From Pseudodesulfovibrio piezophilus C1TLV30 (GTDB lineage Bacteria > Desulfobacterota > Desulfovibrionia > Desulfovibrionales > Desulfovibrionaceae), in NCBI RefSeq assembly GCF_000341895.1, contig NC_020409.1:690001-722000 (forward strand): DNA of 32,000 nt, given 5' to 3'. Shown here one piece after another: positions 16,574 through 25,795 of this stretch; position 1 is the stretch's first letter, and the number at the start of each line of letters is the position of its first letter. Below the pieces are notes generated by a model that saw only the letters and a program-made list of their open reading frames with translations, was not told the origin of the DNA and made no database searches. The position numbers were made by a program, and so were the translations under genes.

Positions 16574-17662
16574 ATGTACGTCGCCGTCAAAGGAGGGGAA
16601 CGGGCCATCGAAAAAGCCCATCGCCTCATGGCCGAGGAACGACGTGGGAATGTTAGTATACCAGAGCTGACGGTCAAACAGATTCTGGAACAAATGACAC
16701 TCGCTGTGGACCGGGTCATGAGCGAAGGGTCGTTGTACGATCCTCAACTGGCAGCCCTTGCAATCAAGCAATCACGAGGAGATTTGGTCGAGGCAATCTT
16801 CCTGTTGCGTGCCTATAGAACCACCCTTCCTCGTTTTTATGCTTCCAATCCGATAGAGAGCACATCCATGCATATTCGGCGTCGTATCTCTGCGACCTTC
16901 AAAGATATTCCTGGGGGGCAAATACTCGGTCCCACGTTCGATTACTCCCACCGATTACTCGATTTCAAGCTCGCGGCCGAGTCTGAAGCTCCTGAAACCT
17001 CAATTGGTGAGATGCCTGATAACCCTATGCCTCGAGTCATGGATATCCTGAAAATTGAAAACTTATTGGGAGAACTGGAAGAGACTCCAAAGACTGTCGG
17101 TGATATCACCCGTGATCCCATATCTTTCCCTGTAAACCGAGATATCCGGCTTCAAAACCTCGCTCGAAGTGACGAAGGATTCCTGCTCGCTCTCGGATAT
17201 TCCAGCCAACGTGGATTTGGAGATAATCATCCCTTTGTCGGAGAAATACGCATGGGAGAAGTTCCAATAGCCATTATTCCTGACGAACTCGGTTTTGAGA
17301 TCGAAATAGGCGAAATCACTATCACTGAATGCGAAATGGTGACCAGTTTCACTGATTCTCAATCTGAACTTCCACACTTCACAAGAGGATATGGACTTTC
17401 CTTTGGGTATAATGAACGAAAAGTTTTAGCCATGTCTTTGGTAGACCGCTCTCTGCAGGCACGAGAATTAGGCGAAGAAATTTCGGCTCCATCACACGAT
17501 GAAGAATTTGTGCTCTCCCATAGTGACAATGTCGAGGCTCAAGGTTTTGTACAACACCTCAAATTACCCCACTATGTTGATTTTCAATCAGATTTAATCA
17601 TGATTCGCTCCATGCGCGATGCAGTTCTTGCTCGTAAAGCGCAAGATAAAAACGAGGAGTAA
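16574..17662 (+). CDS. phnI: C-P lyase subunit PhnI (ribosyl-phosphonate-forming nucleosidase component)
   Basis: 362 aa with the N-terminus MYVAVKGGERAIEKAH typical of PhnI. Confidence 0.95.
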   Translation: MYVAVKGGERAIEKAHRLMAEERRGNVSIPELTVKQILEQMTLAVDRVMSEGSLYDPQLAALAIKQSRGDLVEAIFLLRAYRTTLPRFYASNPIESTSMHIRRRISATFKDIPGGQILGPTFDYSHRLLDFKLAAESEAPETSIGEMPDNPMPRVMDILKIENLLGELEETPKTVGDITRDPISFPVNRDIRLQNLARSDEGFLLALGYSSQRGFGDNHPFVGEIRMGEVPIAIIPDELGFEIEIGEITITECEMVTSFTDSQSELPHFTRGYGLSFGYNERKVLAMSLVDRSLQARELGEEISAPSHDEEFVLSHSDNVEAQGFVQHLKLPHYVDFQSDLIMIRSMRDAVLARKAQDKNEE

Positions 17663-17664
17663 GC

Positions 17665-18618
17665 ATGAAGCCCACATATGACAGATCATCCACATCGTCT
17701 CCAATCCCTGATGATGGATACAACTTCTGCTATCTGGATGAACAAACCAAAAAAATGATCCGCCGTGCGATTCTCAAGGCTCTGGCGATCCCCGGTTATC
17801 AGGTTCCTTTTGCCGGACGAGAAATGCCCATGCCGTATGGCTGGGGAACAGGCGGCATCCAACTCTCAGCCAGCGTGATCGGTTCCGATGATATTTTCAA
17901 GGTCATTGATCAAGGGGCGGATGACACGACAAATGCCATTTCCATCCGCCACTTCTTTTCTCGAGTCGCACAGGTCAAAACCACTGAACAGACTGAAAAA
18001 GCTACCATAATCCAAACTCGTCACCGAATCCCGGAGACGCCGCTTTCCGAAGGCCAGATCATGATCTACCAGGTGCCTATACCTGAACCTTTACGTTGGG
18101 TCGAACCGAGGGAATCTGAAACCCGAACCATGCACGCCCTCCAGGAATATGGGATCATGCATGTCCAACTCTATGAAGACATTGCAAAACACGGCCGCAT
18201 TACGACCAACTTCATGTACCCGGTGACCGTTAACGGCAGGTACATCATGAGCCCCTCACCCATTCCCAAATTTGACAACCCCAAACTTCATATGAGTCCA
18301 GCCCTTCATCTTTTCGGAGCTGGCAGGGAAAAACGAATTTACGCAGTCCCACCCTATACGGATGTCAAAAGCCTTGATTTCGAGGACCACCCTTTCTCGG
18401 TAGAAACATGGAAAGAATGCTGCGGGCTCTGCGGAGCCAAAGACAGCTACCTGGATGAAGTTATCCTCAATGATAATGGAGAAAAAATGTTCGTCTGTTC
18501 AGATACTGATTACTGCTCAAAACGCCAATGCAAAGGATATGTTGGTTCCATGGCCAATCGGACAGATATAATAACACTCAAAAAAGAAAAAAACTTTCCG
18601 GAGTCTCCTCATGTTTAA
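17665..18618 (+). CDS. phnJ: C-P lyase catalytic radical-SAM subunit PhnJ
   Basis: The stretch YNFCYLDEQTKKMIRRAILKALAIPGYQVPFAGREMPMPYGWGTGGIQ is nearly identical to E. coli PhnJ. The C-terminal Cys cluster CCGLCG...CSDTDYC is present. Short N- and C-terminal extensions are also present. Confidence 0.95.
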   Translation: MKPTYDRSSTSSPIPDDGYNFCYLDEQTKKMIRRAILKALAIPGYQVPFAGREMPMPYGWGTGGIQLSASVIGSDDIFKVIDQGADDTTNAISIRHFFSRVAQVKTTEQTEKATIIQTRHRIPETPLSEGQIMIYQVPIPEPLRWVEPRESETRTMHALQEYGIMHVQLYEDIAKHGRITTNFMYPVTVNGRYIMSPSPIPKFDNPKLHMSPALHLFGAGREKRIYAVPPYTDVKSLDFEDHPFSVETWKECCGLCGAKDSYLDEVILNDNGEKMFVCSDTDYCSKRQCKGYVGSMANRTDIITLKKEKNFPESPHV

Positions 18619-19393
18619 GAGACCCCATCCACTGATCACAACGAGCGGACTTTCAAAAAGTTATGGTGAAATGATCGGATGTCACAATATTGATCTGGAA
18701 CTCTGGCCCGGAGAGGTTCTGGGGATTGTCGGAGAATCAGGGTCAGGGAAGTCAACACTTCTGGGATGTCTCTCCGGAAAACTCAGTCCAACATCCGGGA
18801 AGATTGAATATCAATCCACGGAATTCGGACTTATAGATATTCATTCCGTTATTGAACCGATCAGACGTAAATTGATGCGCACCGAATGGGGCGTCGTTCA
18901 CCAAAATCCACGCGATGGCCTCCGACTGGGAGTGACTGCCGGAGCCAATATAGGTGAACGACTCATGAGCACCGGACTCCGCAACTATAGCAAGATACGA
19001 TCAAAAGCTCTCTACTGGATGAGAGAAGTCGAGCTTGAAACCGATCGAATTGATCATTTTCCAAGAGAATTCTCGGGAGGGATGCAGCAACGTTTGCAAA
19101 TAGCTTGCAATCTTGTGACCTCCCCCAAATTAATATTCATGGATGAACCAACTGGAGGACTCGATGTCTCAGTGCAGGCGCGCCTGCTTGATCTTCTGCG
19201 CGACCTGGTGACACGGCTCGGCCTCTCCGTGGTCATAGTCACCCATGACCTTGCTGTAGCCCGACTGCTGGCACACAGGCTTATGGTAATGAAAAAGGGT
19301 GAAGTCGTCGAGACCGGACTCGCGGATCAAGTGCTTGATGACCCACAGCACCCATATACTCAACTTCTTGTTTCTTCCATACTCCAAGCATAG
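18611..19393 (+). CDS. phnK: C-P lyase accessory ABC-type ATPase PhnK
   Basis: Walker A is GESGSGKST, the signature is FSGGMQQR and Walker B is IFMDEP. It overlaps phnJ by 8 nt. Confidence 0.9.
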   Translation: MFKRPHPLITTSGLSKSYGEMIGCHNIDLELWPGEVLGIVGESGSGKSTLLGCLSGKLSPTSGKIEYQSTEFGLIDIHSVIEPIRRKLMRTEWGVVHQNPRDGLRLGVTAGANIGERLMSTGLRNYSKIRSKALYWMREVELETDRIDHFPREFSGGMQQRLQIACNLVTSPKLIFMDEPTGGLDVSVQARLLDLLRDLVTRLGLSVVIVTHDLAVARLLAHRLMVMKKGEVVETGLADQVLDDPQHPYTQLLVSSILQA

Positions 19394-19404
19394 GGAATTG
19401 ATTC

Positions 19405-20103
19405 ATGTGTACCAGAATTTCCATCAATAATCTGAGTAAGACATTCACGTTGCATACTCAAGGAGGCATTGTCATTCCGGTATTCTCTGCTCTTAATCTC
19501 GATGTGCAAGCCGGAGAATGCGTCGCCCTGTCGGGCCACTCCGGTTCTGGAAAGTCCTCACTCATTTGCTCCCTCTATGGCAACTACAAGCCACAATCGG
19601 GAAGCCTCAAAATACTCCATAACAAACAGTATGTTGATGTCTTGACAGCCAATCCGCGAGAAATTCTTGAAATACGAAAACAGACTCTGGGTTATGTCAG
19701 TCAATTCCTGCGAGTGGTCCCAAGGGTTTCTGCTCTTGATGTTGTTGCAGAACCATTTTTCAATCTTACAAGTGATCGAAGCTCTGCGCGTGAGCGTGCG
19801 GCGTCTCTCTTAAAACGACTCAACATCCCTGCAACACTCTGGTCCCTTCCACCTGCCACGTTCTCAGGAGGAGAACAGCAGCGCATTAATATAGCACGCG
19901 GTTTCAGCCTTGAATATCCCATCCTCCTTTTGGATGAACCAACGGCTTCACTGGACGCGGAAAACTGCGAAAGAGTGATTGAGTTGATAAGAGAAGCCAA
20001 ATCAAGAGGGACTGCGATTGTTGGAATTTTCCATGATAAACATGTCCGCAATTTGATCGCGGACAGACTGTTTCACATGAGTAGCTTCAAGGAGGCTGCA
20101 TAA
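19405..20103 (+). CDS. phnL: C-P lyase accessory ABC-type ATPase PhnL
   Basis: Walker A is GHSGSGKSS, the signature is FSGGEQQR and Walker B is LLLDEP. The length and position match phnL. Confidence 0.9.
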   Translation: MCTRISINNLSKTFTLHTQGGIVIPVFSALNLDVQAGECVALSGHSGSGKSSLICSLYGNYKPQSGSLKILHNKQYVDVLTANPREILEIRKQTLGYVSQFLRVVPRVSALDVVAEPFFNLTSDRSSARERAASLLKRLNIPATLWSLPPATFSGGEQQRINIARGFSLEYPILLLDEPTASLDAENCERVIELIREAKSRGTAIVGIFHDKHVRNLIADRLFHMSSFKEAA

Positions 20104-21264
20104 ATGAATCTTATCATCAAGAATGCTCGTATCGTCCTGCGCGACGAGATTGTGACTGGCGCACTCCGCGTCTGTAACGGCATCATTGATGCCATTGATA
20201 CAGGCCCATGCTCACATAAATCAGCCGTTGATTTCAACGGAGACTACCTGCTGCCTGGTTTTGTCGAACTCCACACAGATAATCTTGAGCAACAACTCGA
20301 ACCGCGGCCGGGAGTCTTCTGGCCTGACCCGTTAAGCGCCGTGCTCGCCCACGATGCGCACATGTTCACAGCAGGCATCACCACAGTCTTTGATGCTGTC
20401 TCATTAGGGGAATACCATGACGGGCCAAAACGAACACAAATTCTCGACATGAGTATCCACGCCTTAAACAAAGCCCGTTCTACAGGAATCCTCAAGTCAG
20501 ACCATAAACTCCATCTACGTTGCGAGTACTCGGACCCAAAAGTCATGGATTTTCTTAGCCCCCACATAAATGATCCAGTCTTGATGCTTGTCTCGCTCAT
20601 GGACCACACACCAGGACAACGCCAATTCACGGACACTGACGTCTATCGTAAATATTATAAGCAAGGATGGAGTGACAAAGAATTTGATGAAGTTTCCCAG
20701 CGCCTTATTACGACTCAACGATCGTGCGCGGAAGGTAACAGGCAGATGATAGTTGAATTATGCCAACAACGAGCTCTCCCCCTGGCCAGCCATGATGATA
20801 CGCTGGCCGTACATATTACCCAAGCCAAAATGGAAAAAGTTACCCTCTCTGAGTTCCCTACGACACTTCTGGCAGCGTCACTTGCCCGCAAAGCGGGCAT
20901 TAAAATTGTCATGGGGGGGCCCAATGTTGTCCGAGGCAGTTCTCACTCCGGAAATGTTTCTGCCAGGCAACTCGCCGCCGAAGGATTGCTGGACATTCTC
21001 TCCTCGGATTATGTACCGACCAGCCTCATTTCAGGTGCCTTCACACTGAACAGAGAAATGGACATTCCGCTGCACCAGGCAATTGCACTTATCAGCCTGA
21101 ATCCAGCCCAAGTGACAGGGCTTCATGACAGAGGAGAGATAGCGCTCGGCAAACGGGCCGACCTTGTTCGTGCCCGAGAAGTGGAAAATATCCCCGCAGT
21201 GTTACAAACATGGTCTACCGACTCTCCAACGTCCTTTGAAATAAACCAAAAAAATGCGGCGTAA
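20104..21264 (+). CDS. phnM: Alpha-D-ribose 1-methylphosphonate 5-triphosphate diphosphatase (amidohydrolase family)
   Basis: 386 aa with the GFVELHTDNLE metal-binding motif of amidohydrolases. The start directly abuts the phnL stop. Confidence 0.9.
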   Translation: MNLIIKNARIVLRDEIVTGALRVCNGIIDAIDTGPCSHKSAVDFNGDYLLPGFVELHTDNLEQQLEPRPGVFWPDPLSAVLAHDAHMFTAGITTVFDAVSLGEYHDGPKRTQILDMSIHALNKARSTGILKSDHKLHLRCEYSDPKVMDFLSPHINDPVLMLVSLMDHTPGQRQFTDTDVYRKYYKQGWSDKEFDEVSQRLITTQRSCAEGNRQMIVELCQQRALPLASHDDTLAVHITQAKMEKVTLSEFPTTLLAASLARKAGIKIVMGGPNVVRGSSHSGNVSARQLAAEGLLDILSSDYVPTSLISGAFTLNREMDIPLHQAIALISLNPAQVTGLHDRGEIALGKRADLVRAREVENIPAVLQTWSTDSPTSFEINQKNAA

Positions 21265-21349
21265 GTGCAACAACATCGCGCGTAATTCACATCAAACAGT
21301 AACAGAACCTCAATACCACCGTAGCCGAAGTCGGATATGCTGACACAAT

Positions 21350-21378
21350 GTGTGAAGAAAAGTGTCATCCACTATAAT
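21350..21378 (+). promoter_or_regulatory. Candidate internal promoter for phnCDE
   Basis: A perfect -10 hexamer TATAAT sits at 21373-21378, 38 nt upstream of the phnC ATG. The -35 region is weak (GTGTGA). It lies in a 151-bp gap after phnM. Confidence 0.3.
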
Positions 21379-21415
21379 CCAACCCGATCTTTTATAGCAG
21401 TTACGGAGCCGCCAG

Positions 21416-22237
21416 ATGAAATCTCTTGAATTGCCCAATAACCGGACAGCACAAGCCATCCAGGCCACAAAATTATGCAAGGTCTATCCGAACGGAACAC
21501 AGGCCTTGAAAGATGTCTCCCTTACCATCAACGACAACGATTTTGTTGTCGTCATAGGTCTTTCCGGAGCCGGAAAATCAACCATGCTCCGTTGTCTCAA
21601 CAGACTTATCCGTCCCACTTCGGGACAGTTGTCACTCTTTGGCGAAGAAATTACCACTGTAAACGGAACAAAATTGAAACAGGTCCGCCGCCGTGTAGGC
21701 ATGATCTTCCAGCAATTCAATCTCGTTCGCCGCCTGACTGTCCTAGAAAATGTTTTGGTCGGCCGTCTTCGTTTCAATGCAGGTCCCATCAATCGGGGGC
21801 TTTCCATCTTCAGGATCTTTCCCAAGCATGAACGGGAATTCGCCTTCGAGTGCCTCAAGCAAGTCGGTATTGCCGATCTGGCCTATCGTCGAGCCGATGC
21901 TCTTTCGGGTGGTCAACAACAACGCGTGGCGATCGCCCGTTCCCTCGCTCAAGAACCAGAGGTCTTTCTGGCAGACGAACCCATTGCCAGCCTTGACCCT
22001 AGAAGTTCTGAAACAGTCATGCAAATTCTTTCCCAAATTCATGAAGAAAAAGGCATCCCGGTCCTGGTCAACCTCCATCATATTGACTTTGCCCAACGCT
22101 ACGGCAAACGCATCCTTGGCATGTCCAAAGGAGAGTTGATCTTTGACGGCACAAGTAGGGACCTCGACACGACAACGGTCTCTTGCATCTACGGAGATAA
22201 AGCTGATGAAGCTCTGGAAGAGCTGTCCGCAGCGTGA
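21416..22237 (+). CDS. phnC: Phosphonate ABC transporter ATP-binding protein
   Basis: Walker A is GLSGAGKST, the signature is LSGGQQQR and Walker B is FLADEP. An SD GGAG lies 8 nt upstream. Confidence 0.9.
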   Translation: MKSLELPNNRTAQAIQATKLCKVYPNGTQALKDVSLTINDNDFVVVIGLSGAGKSTMLRCLNRLIRPTSGQLSLFGEEITTVNGTKLKQVRRRVGMIFQQFNLVRRLTVLENVLVGRLRFNAGPINRGLSIFRIFPKHEREFAFECLKQVGIADLAYRRADALSGGQQQRVAIARSLAQEPEVFLADEPIASLDPRSSETVMQILSQIHEEKGIPVLVNLHHIDFAQRYGKRILGMSKGELIFDGTSRDLDTTTVSCIYGDKADEALEELSAA

Positions 22238-22307
22238 TCAATAGACGATTCCTTCACTCTGCCATGACAGCATGCTAACAATTTTAACAGAACCCAGGAG
22301 AGTCTCA

Positions 22308-23189
22308 ATGTTTGGTAAATTCCTCAAAATCTTTATGGCTACAGCTCTTGTACTGACTTTTGCCTTGCCCGGTTTGTCGCGTGCCGACAACTCTGCATGG
22401 CCCAAAACCATCAAATTAGGATTTATACCTACCGAAGGGGCTGCCGACTCTGCCAAACGCGCTCGCCCTATTGCCAAAAAATTGGAAGAAGCCCTCGGTG
22501 TGAAAGTGGAAATATTCACAGCTTCTGATTACAATGGTATTATCACTGCCATGGCAAACAAGCACATTGATTTTGCATATTTCGGCCCTAAAAGTTATAC
22601 AGAAGCAGCTGAAAAAGCCAATGCGGAAGCCCTCGTCATGGAACTGAACAAGAAAGGGCAACCTGGGTATACCGGTCTGATTATTGTTCGCAAGGATTCC
22701 GGTATCACCAACATGGATCAGGCCAAAGGAAAGACCTTTGCTTTCACTGACCCTAATTCAACTTCAGGATTCCTGGTTCCCAACGTACTTTTTGCTCGAG
22801 ACATGAAGGTTGACCCCAAAAAATACTTCAAGGAAGTTCGCTTCTCCGGATCTCACGGTGCGTCAATCCTCGCTGTCAAAAACCACTCCATCGAAGTTGC
22901 CGCAACCAATAATATTGACTTGGACCGTATGATAGAAAAAGGATCCGTTTCCCTTGATGACTTCACTATCATCGAACGTTCAGACCTGATCCCAGGTGCT
23001 CCCATGGCCGCCCGAAAAGATCTGCCGGAAAGTCTCAAAGCAGCTTTTGCCGGAGCTCTGTTGCAGATTAATGATGATCCGGAAGCACTTAACGTACTTC
23101 AAAACGGTGGCTACCGTCACACCAACGACGCCGACTATGACATCATTCGATATCTGAAACGCCTCAAAAAGCAGTTAGCTCAGCAATAG
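22308..23189 (+). CDS. phnD: Phosphonate ABC transporter substrate-binding protein
   Basis: The ATG at 22308 is preceded by AGGAG. The signal peptide is MFGKFLKIFMATALVLTFALPGLSRA. PhnD-type motifs are LGFIPTE, DFAYFGP and FTDPNSTSG. Confidence 0.9.
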   Translation: MFGKFLKIFMATALVLTFALPGLSRADNSAWPKTIKLGFIPTEGAADSAKRARPIAKKLEEALGVKVEIFTASDYNGIITAMANKHIDFAYFGPKSYTEAAEKANAEALVMELNKKGQPGYTGLIIVRKDSGITNMDQAKGKTFAFTDPNSTSGFLVPNVLFARDMKVDPKKYFKEVRFSGSHGASILAVKNHSIEVAATNNIDLDRMIEKGSVSLDDFTIIERSDLIPGAPMAARKDLPESLKAAFAGALLQINDDPEALNVLQNGGYRHTNDADYDIIRYLKRLKKQLAQQ

Positions 23190-23191
23190 CC

Positions 23192-24295
23192 ATGAGCCAG
23201 GATCTGACACTCGAACAGGTTACTCCCAGGAAGAGCTTTATCCAGAAGCTCGCCCTGGGGGGCCTTATGACACTTATTTTTGCAGTGCTCGTCGCTTCAT
23301 ACATTTCCACGGATATTGACCCGTTCAAACTCTATGAAAAAAGACACAATGCCTTTGAATATCTCTTTGGCAGAGAACTGAACGAGGTAGACAGACAATC
23401 CGCTTTGGACCAGGCCCGCCGTTTACCCGAGATTATCGCCTTCGAAGAGTCCTATCAGGAAGTCAAAAAAAGACATCTGGCCCAAGGGCAAAAACTGGAC
23501 CCAGTCGCCATGCAGCGAGAAGCACGGAAGATTGCAGAGACTCGCATGGCAGCAGTCTCTCCGGCAGAAAGAGAAGCGATAGTTCAAGAGGAATACACAC
23601 GTATTTCGGATGAAAAGACTGGCGGGTACTTTCCACCTGAAACAGCACGGACACATATAAAGGAATATACAATTGCACTTATAGAAACAATGGCCATCGC
23701 CATATGGGGAACACTCATCGCTTTTATCGCCGCCATCCCCATGGCCATGTTTGCAGCAAAAAACACCCTGGAGTTGATGATTCAGGGTGATGGAACCCAC
23801 CAAAGAATCATCCGATGGTTTGGACAGTTTACAGCCCGACGCATGCTTGATTTCTGTCGAGGATTCAATGAATTTGTCATGGCACTGATCTTTGTAGCCG
23901 TCATAGGGCTTGGCCCATACGCCGGAGTCCTCGCCCTCGCCATTCACACCTTCGGCATTCTCGGCAAAGTCTTTTCAGAAGCAATTGAGCAAATCGAGGC
24001 TGGACAGGTGGAAGCCGTGGCCGCATCCGGCGCAGGACCAGCTCAGATAATGGCCTTTTCCGTCATCCCCCAAGTCATGCCTCTTATTGTCAGCTACACA
24101 CTCTTACGCTTTGAAGCCAATGTTCGTTCAGCCACCATTCTCGGTTTTGTTGGAGCAGGCGGCATCGGATTTCTGATGTTTGACAAGATAAACGGCTACC
24201 TTTACCGCGAAGTCTGCACCATGATGATCATGGTCATCGTATCGGTGACACTGATCGACTATATGTGCGGTATCCTGAGAAGACGTTTTGTCTAA
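23192..24295 (+). CDS. phnE: Phosphonate ABC transporter permease (long form)
   Basis: PhnE-like motifs are YFPPE, ETMAIAIWGT, LGPYAGVLALAIHT and RSATILGFVGAGGIG. At 367 aa it has an extra charged segment after TM1. Confidence 0.9.
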   Translation: MSQDLTLEQVTPRKSFIQKLALGGLMTLIFAVLVASYISTDIDPFKLYEKRHNAFEYLFGRELNEVDRQSALDQARRLPEIIAFEESYQEVKKRHLAQGQKLDPVAMQREARKIAETRMAAVSPAEREAIVQEEYTRISDEKTGGYFPPETARTHIKEYTIALIETMAIAIWGTLIAFIAAIPMAMFAAKNTLELMIQGDGTHQRIIRWFGQFTARRMLDFCRGFNEFVMALIFVAVIGLGPYAGVLALAIHTFGILGKVFSEAIEQIEAGQVEAVAASGAGPAQIMAFSVIPQVMPLIVSYTLLRFEANVRSATILGFVGAGGIGFLMFDKINGYLYREVCTMMIMVIVSVTLIDYMCGILRRRFV

Positions 24296-24320
24296 CAGAC
24301 AAGGCTTTCTGAATAATGTG

Positions 24321-24348
24321 AAAGGCAGTTCTTTGAACTGCCTTTTTT
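24321..24348 (+). terminator. Rho-independent terminator of the phn transport operon
   Basis: GGCAGTTC-TTT-GAACTGCC is followed by TTTTTT, 26 nt after the phnE stop. Confidence 0.8.
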
Positions 24349-24520
24349 GCTCCCACTCTTCTTATGATTGTGTATCTCACAACCTGTTGCCATAGTGCCA
24401 AATCGCCAGCAAGTTCATATAGATTGCACGAATACGACTTGAAAACATAGACAAACCCAATAGTAAAACATAGAAACATTCGATACAAAACCCGTGTTTG
24501 ACCACCAAAAGGGAGACAGC

Positions 24521-25795
24521 ATGTCTGAAACACATCATGAAATGTGGGAAAAACTCAACCTTGATATTGATGCGCACGATGCCCTGCTCGGAGTCCTGGG
24601 GAAATTTTACGGGGATATATACATGTCCCAAGAGAACAGGCTCAAGGGTGCTGAATATCTTGATTTTGTTTTATCAGAGGTTCATGGCCTTCGCATTAAG
24701 GAACTGCAGGATGCTCAAGCGGAAGGACGAAAAGTCATTGGATCATTCTGTGTCTTTGTCCCTGAAGAAATAACCCTCGCAGCAGATGCAGTCCATGTTG
24801 GTCTCTGTGCAGGAGCCGAGGCTGGAACGGATTTGGCAGAGCAGCTTGTTCCCAGAAACACATGCGCTTTGATCAAATCTTTCATCGGCTTTAAAATGGC
24901 CAAGATTTGTCCTTTTATTGAATCAAGCGATCTGATCGTTGGAGAAACCACCTGCGATGGCAAGAAAAAGGCTTATGAAACATTCAATGAAATAGCCCCG
25001 ACATATGTCATGGAAGTCCCGCAGACAAAAACGGATGCGGCCAAAGCCCTCTGGAAATCTGAAATTCTCAGATATATGGCCGAGGTGGAAAAACTCACAG
25101 GGAAAACCATTACGACGGAAAAGCTCAAGCAGGGAATCAGTATTACGAACGATAAACGCCGTGCTCTTCAACGCCTTACTGCACTGCGAAAAGCTTCCCC
25201 CGCTCCCATCTCTGGTCGCGATGCCTTGCTGATCAACCAAATCAGTTTTTATGATGATCCAATCAGGTTTACGACTAAAATCAATGAACTCTGTGAAGAA
25301 CTCGAACAAAGAATCAACGATCAGGTGGGAGTCGCTCCATCCAACGCGCCGAGATTGTTGCTTTCCGGCTGTCCCATGGCCGTTCCCAACTGGAAGCTCC
25401 CATATGTCATAGAGAGCTCGGGTGCGGTCATAGTTGGCGAAGAGTCCTGCATAGGGACCCGCAATTCTCGTGACTTGGTCGATGAATCTGCCAGTACCAT
25501 GGAAGAAATGATAGACGCTCTCGTGGAACGTTACATGAAAATCGACTGTGCCTGTTTTACTCCAAACAATGAACGGCTCGAGAATGTAACGGCCCTCGCA
25601 AAAAACATGAATGCGGATGGAGTGATCCATTACAGCCTGCTCTTCTGCCAACCCTACGCCCACGAAGCCCTTAAAATTGACAAAGCACTCCAGGCTGAGA
25701 ACATTCCAATGCTTTCCATTGAAACCGACTACTCCATGGAGGATGTCGAACAATTAAAGACTCGGGTGGAAGCCTTTATGGAGACTCTTGCGTGA
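24521..25795 (+). CDS. HgdB/BcrB-family (2-hydroxyacyl-CoA dehydratase D-component-like) iron-sulfur protein; double-cubane cluster protein (DCCP)-like
   Basis: The ATG at 24521 is preceded by AAGGGAGA. The 424-aa protein has about 11 Cys in family-typical contexts (FCVFVPEE, TTCDGKKK, LSGCPMA, EESCIG, LFCQPY). It is followed by its activase. Confidence 0.85.
   Translation: MSETHHEMWEKLNLDIDAHDALLGVLGKFYGDIYMSQENRLKGAEYLDFVLSEVHGLRIKELQDAQAEGRKVIGSFCVFVPEEITLAADAVHVGLCAGAEAGTDLAEQLVPRNTCALIKSFIGFKMAKICPFIESSDLIVGETTCDGKKKAYETFNEIAPTYVMEVPQTKTDAAKALWKSEILRYMAEVEKLTGKTITTEKLKQGISITNDKRRALQRLTALRKASPAPISGRDALLINQISFYDDPIRFTTKINELCEELEQRINDQVGVAPSNAPRLLLSGCPMAVPNWKLPYVIESSGAVIVGEESCIGTRNSRDLVDESASTMEEMIDALVERYMKIDCACFTPNNERLENVTALAKNMNADGVIHYSLLFCQPYAHEALKIDKALQAENIPMLSIETDYSMEDVEQLKTRVEAFMETLA

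Noticed and set aside
21340-21372. Pho-box-like GTGTGAA-N5-GTGTCAT upstream of the phnC TATAAT
   Set aside because: The repeat spacing is 12 bp rather than 11 bp. The second repeat ends only 4 bp from the -10, whereas E. coli Pho promoters have about 10 bp. It is not a convincing PhoB site.
24923-25753. 276-aa minus-strand ORF
   Set aside because: It is antisense to the DCCP-like gene, has no SD and no recognisable motifs. It is a typical stop-poor antisense frame of a codon-biased gene.
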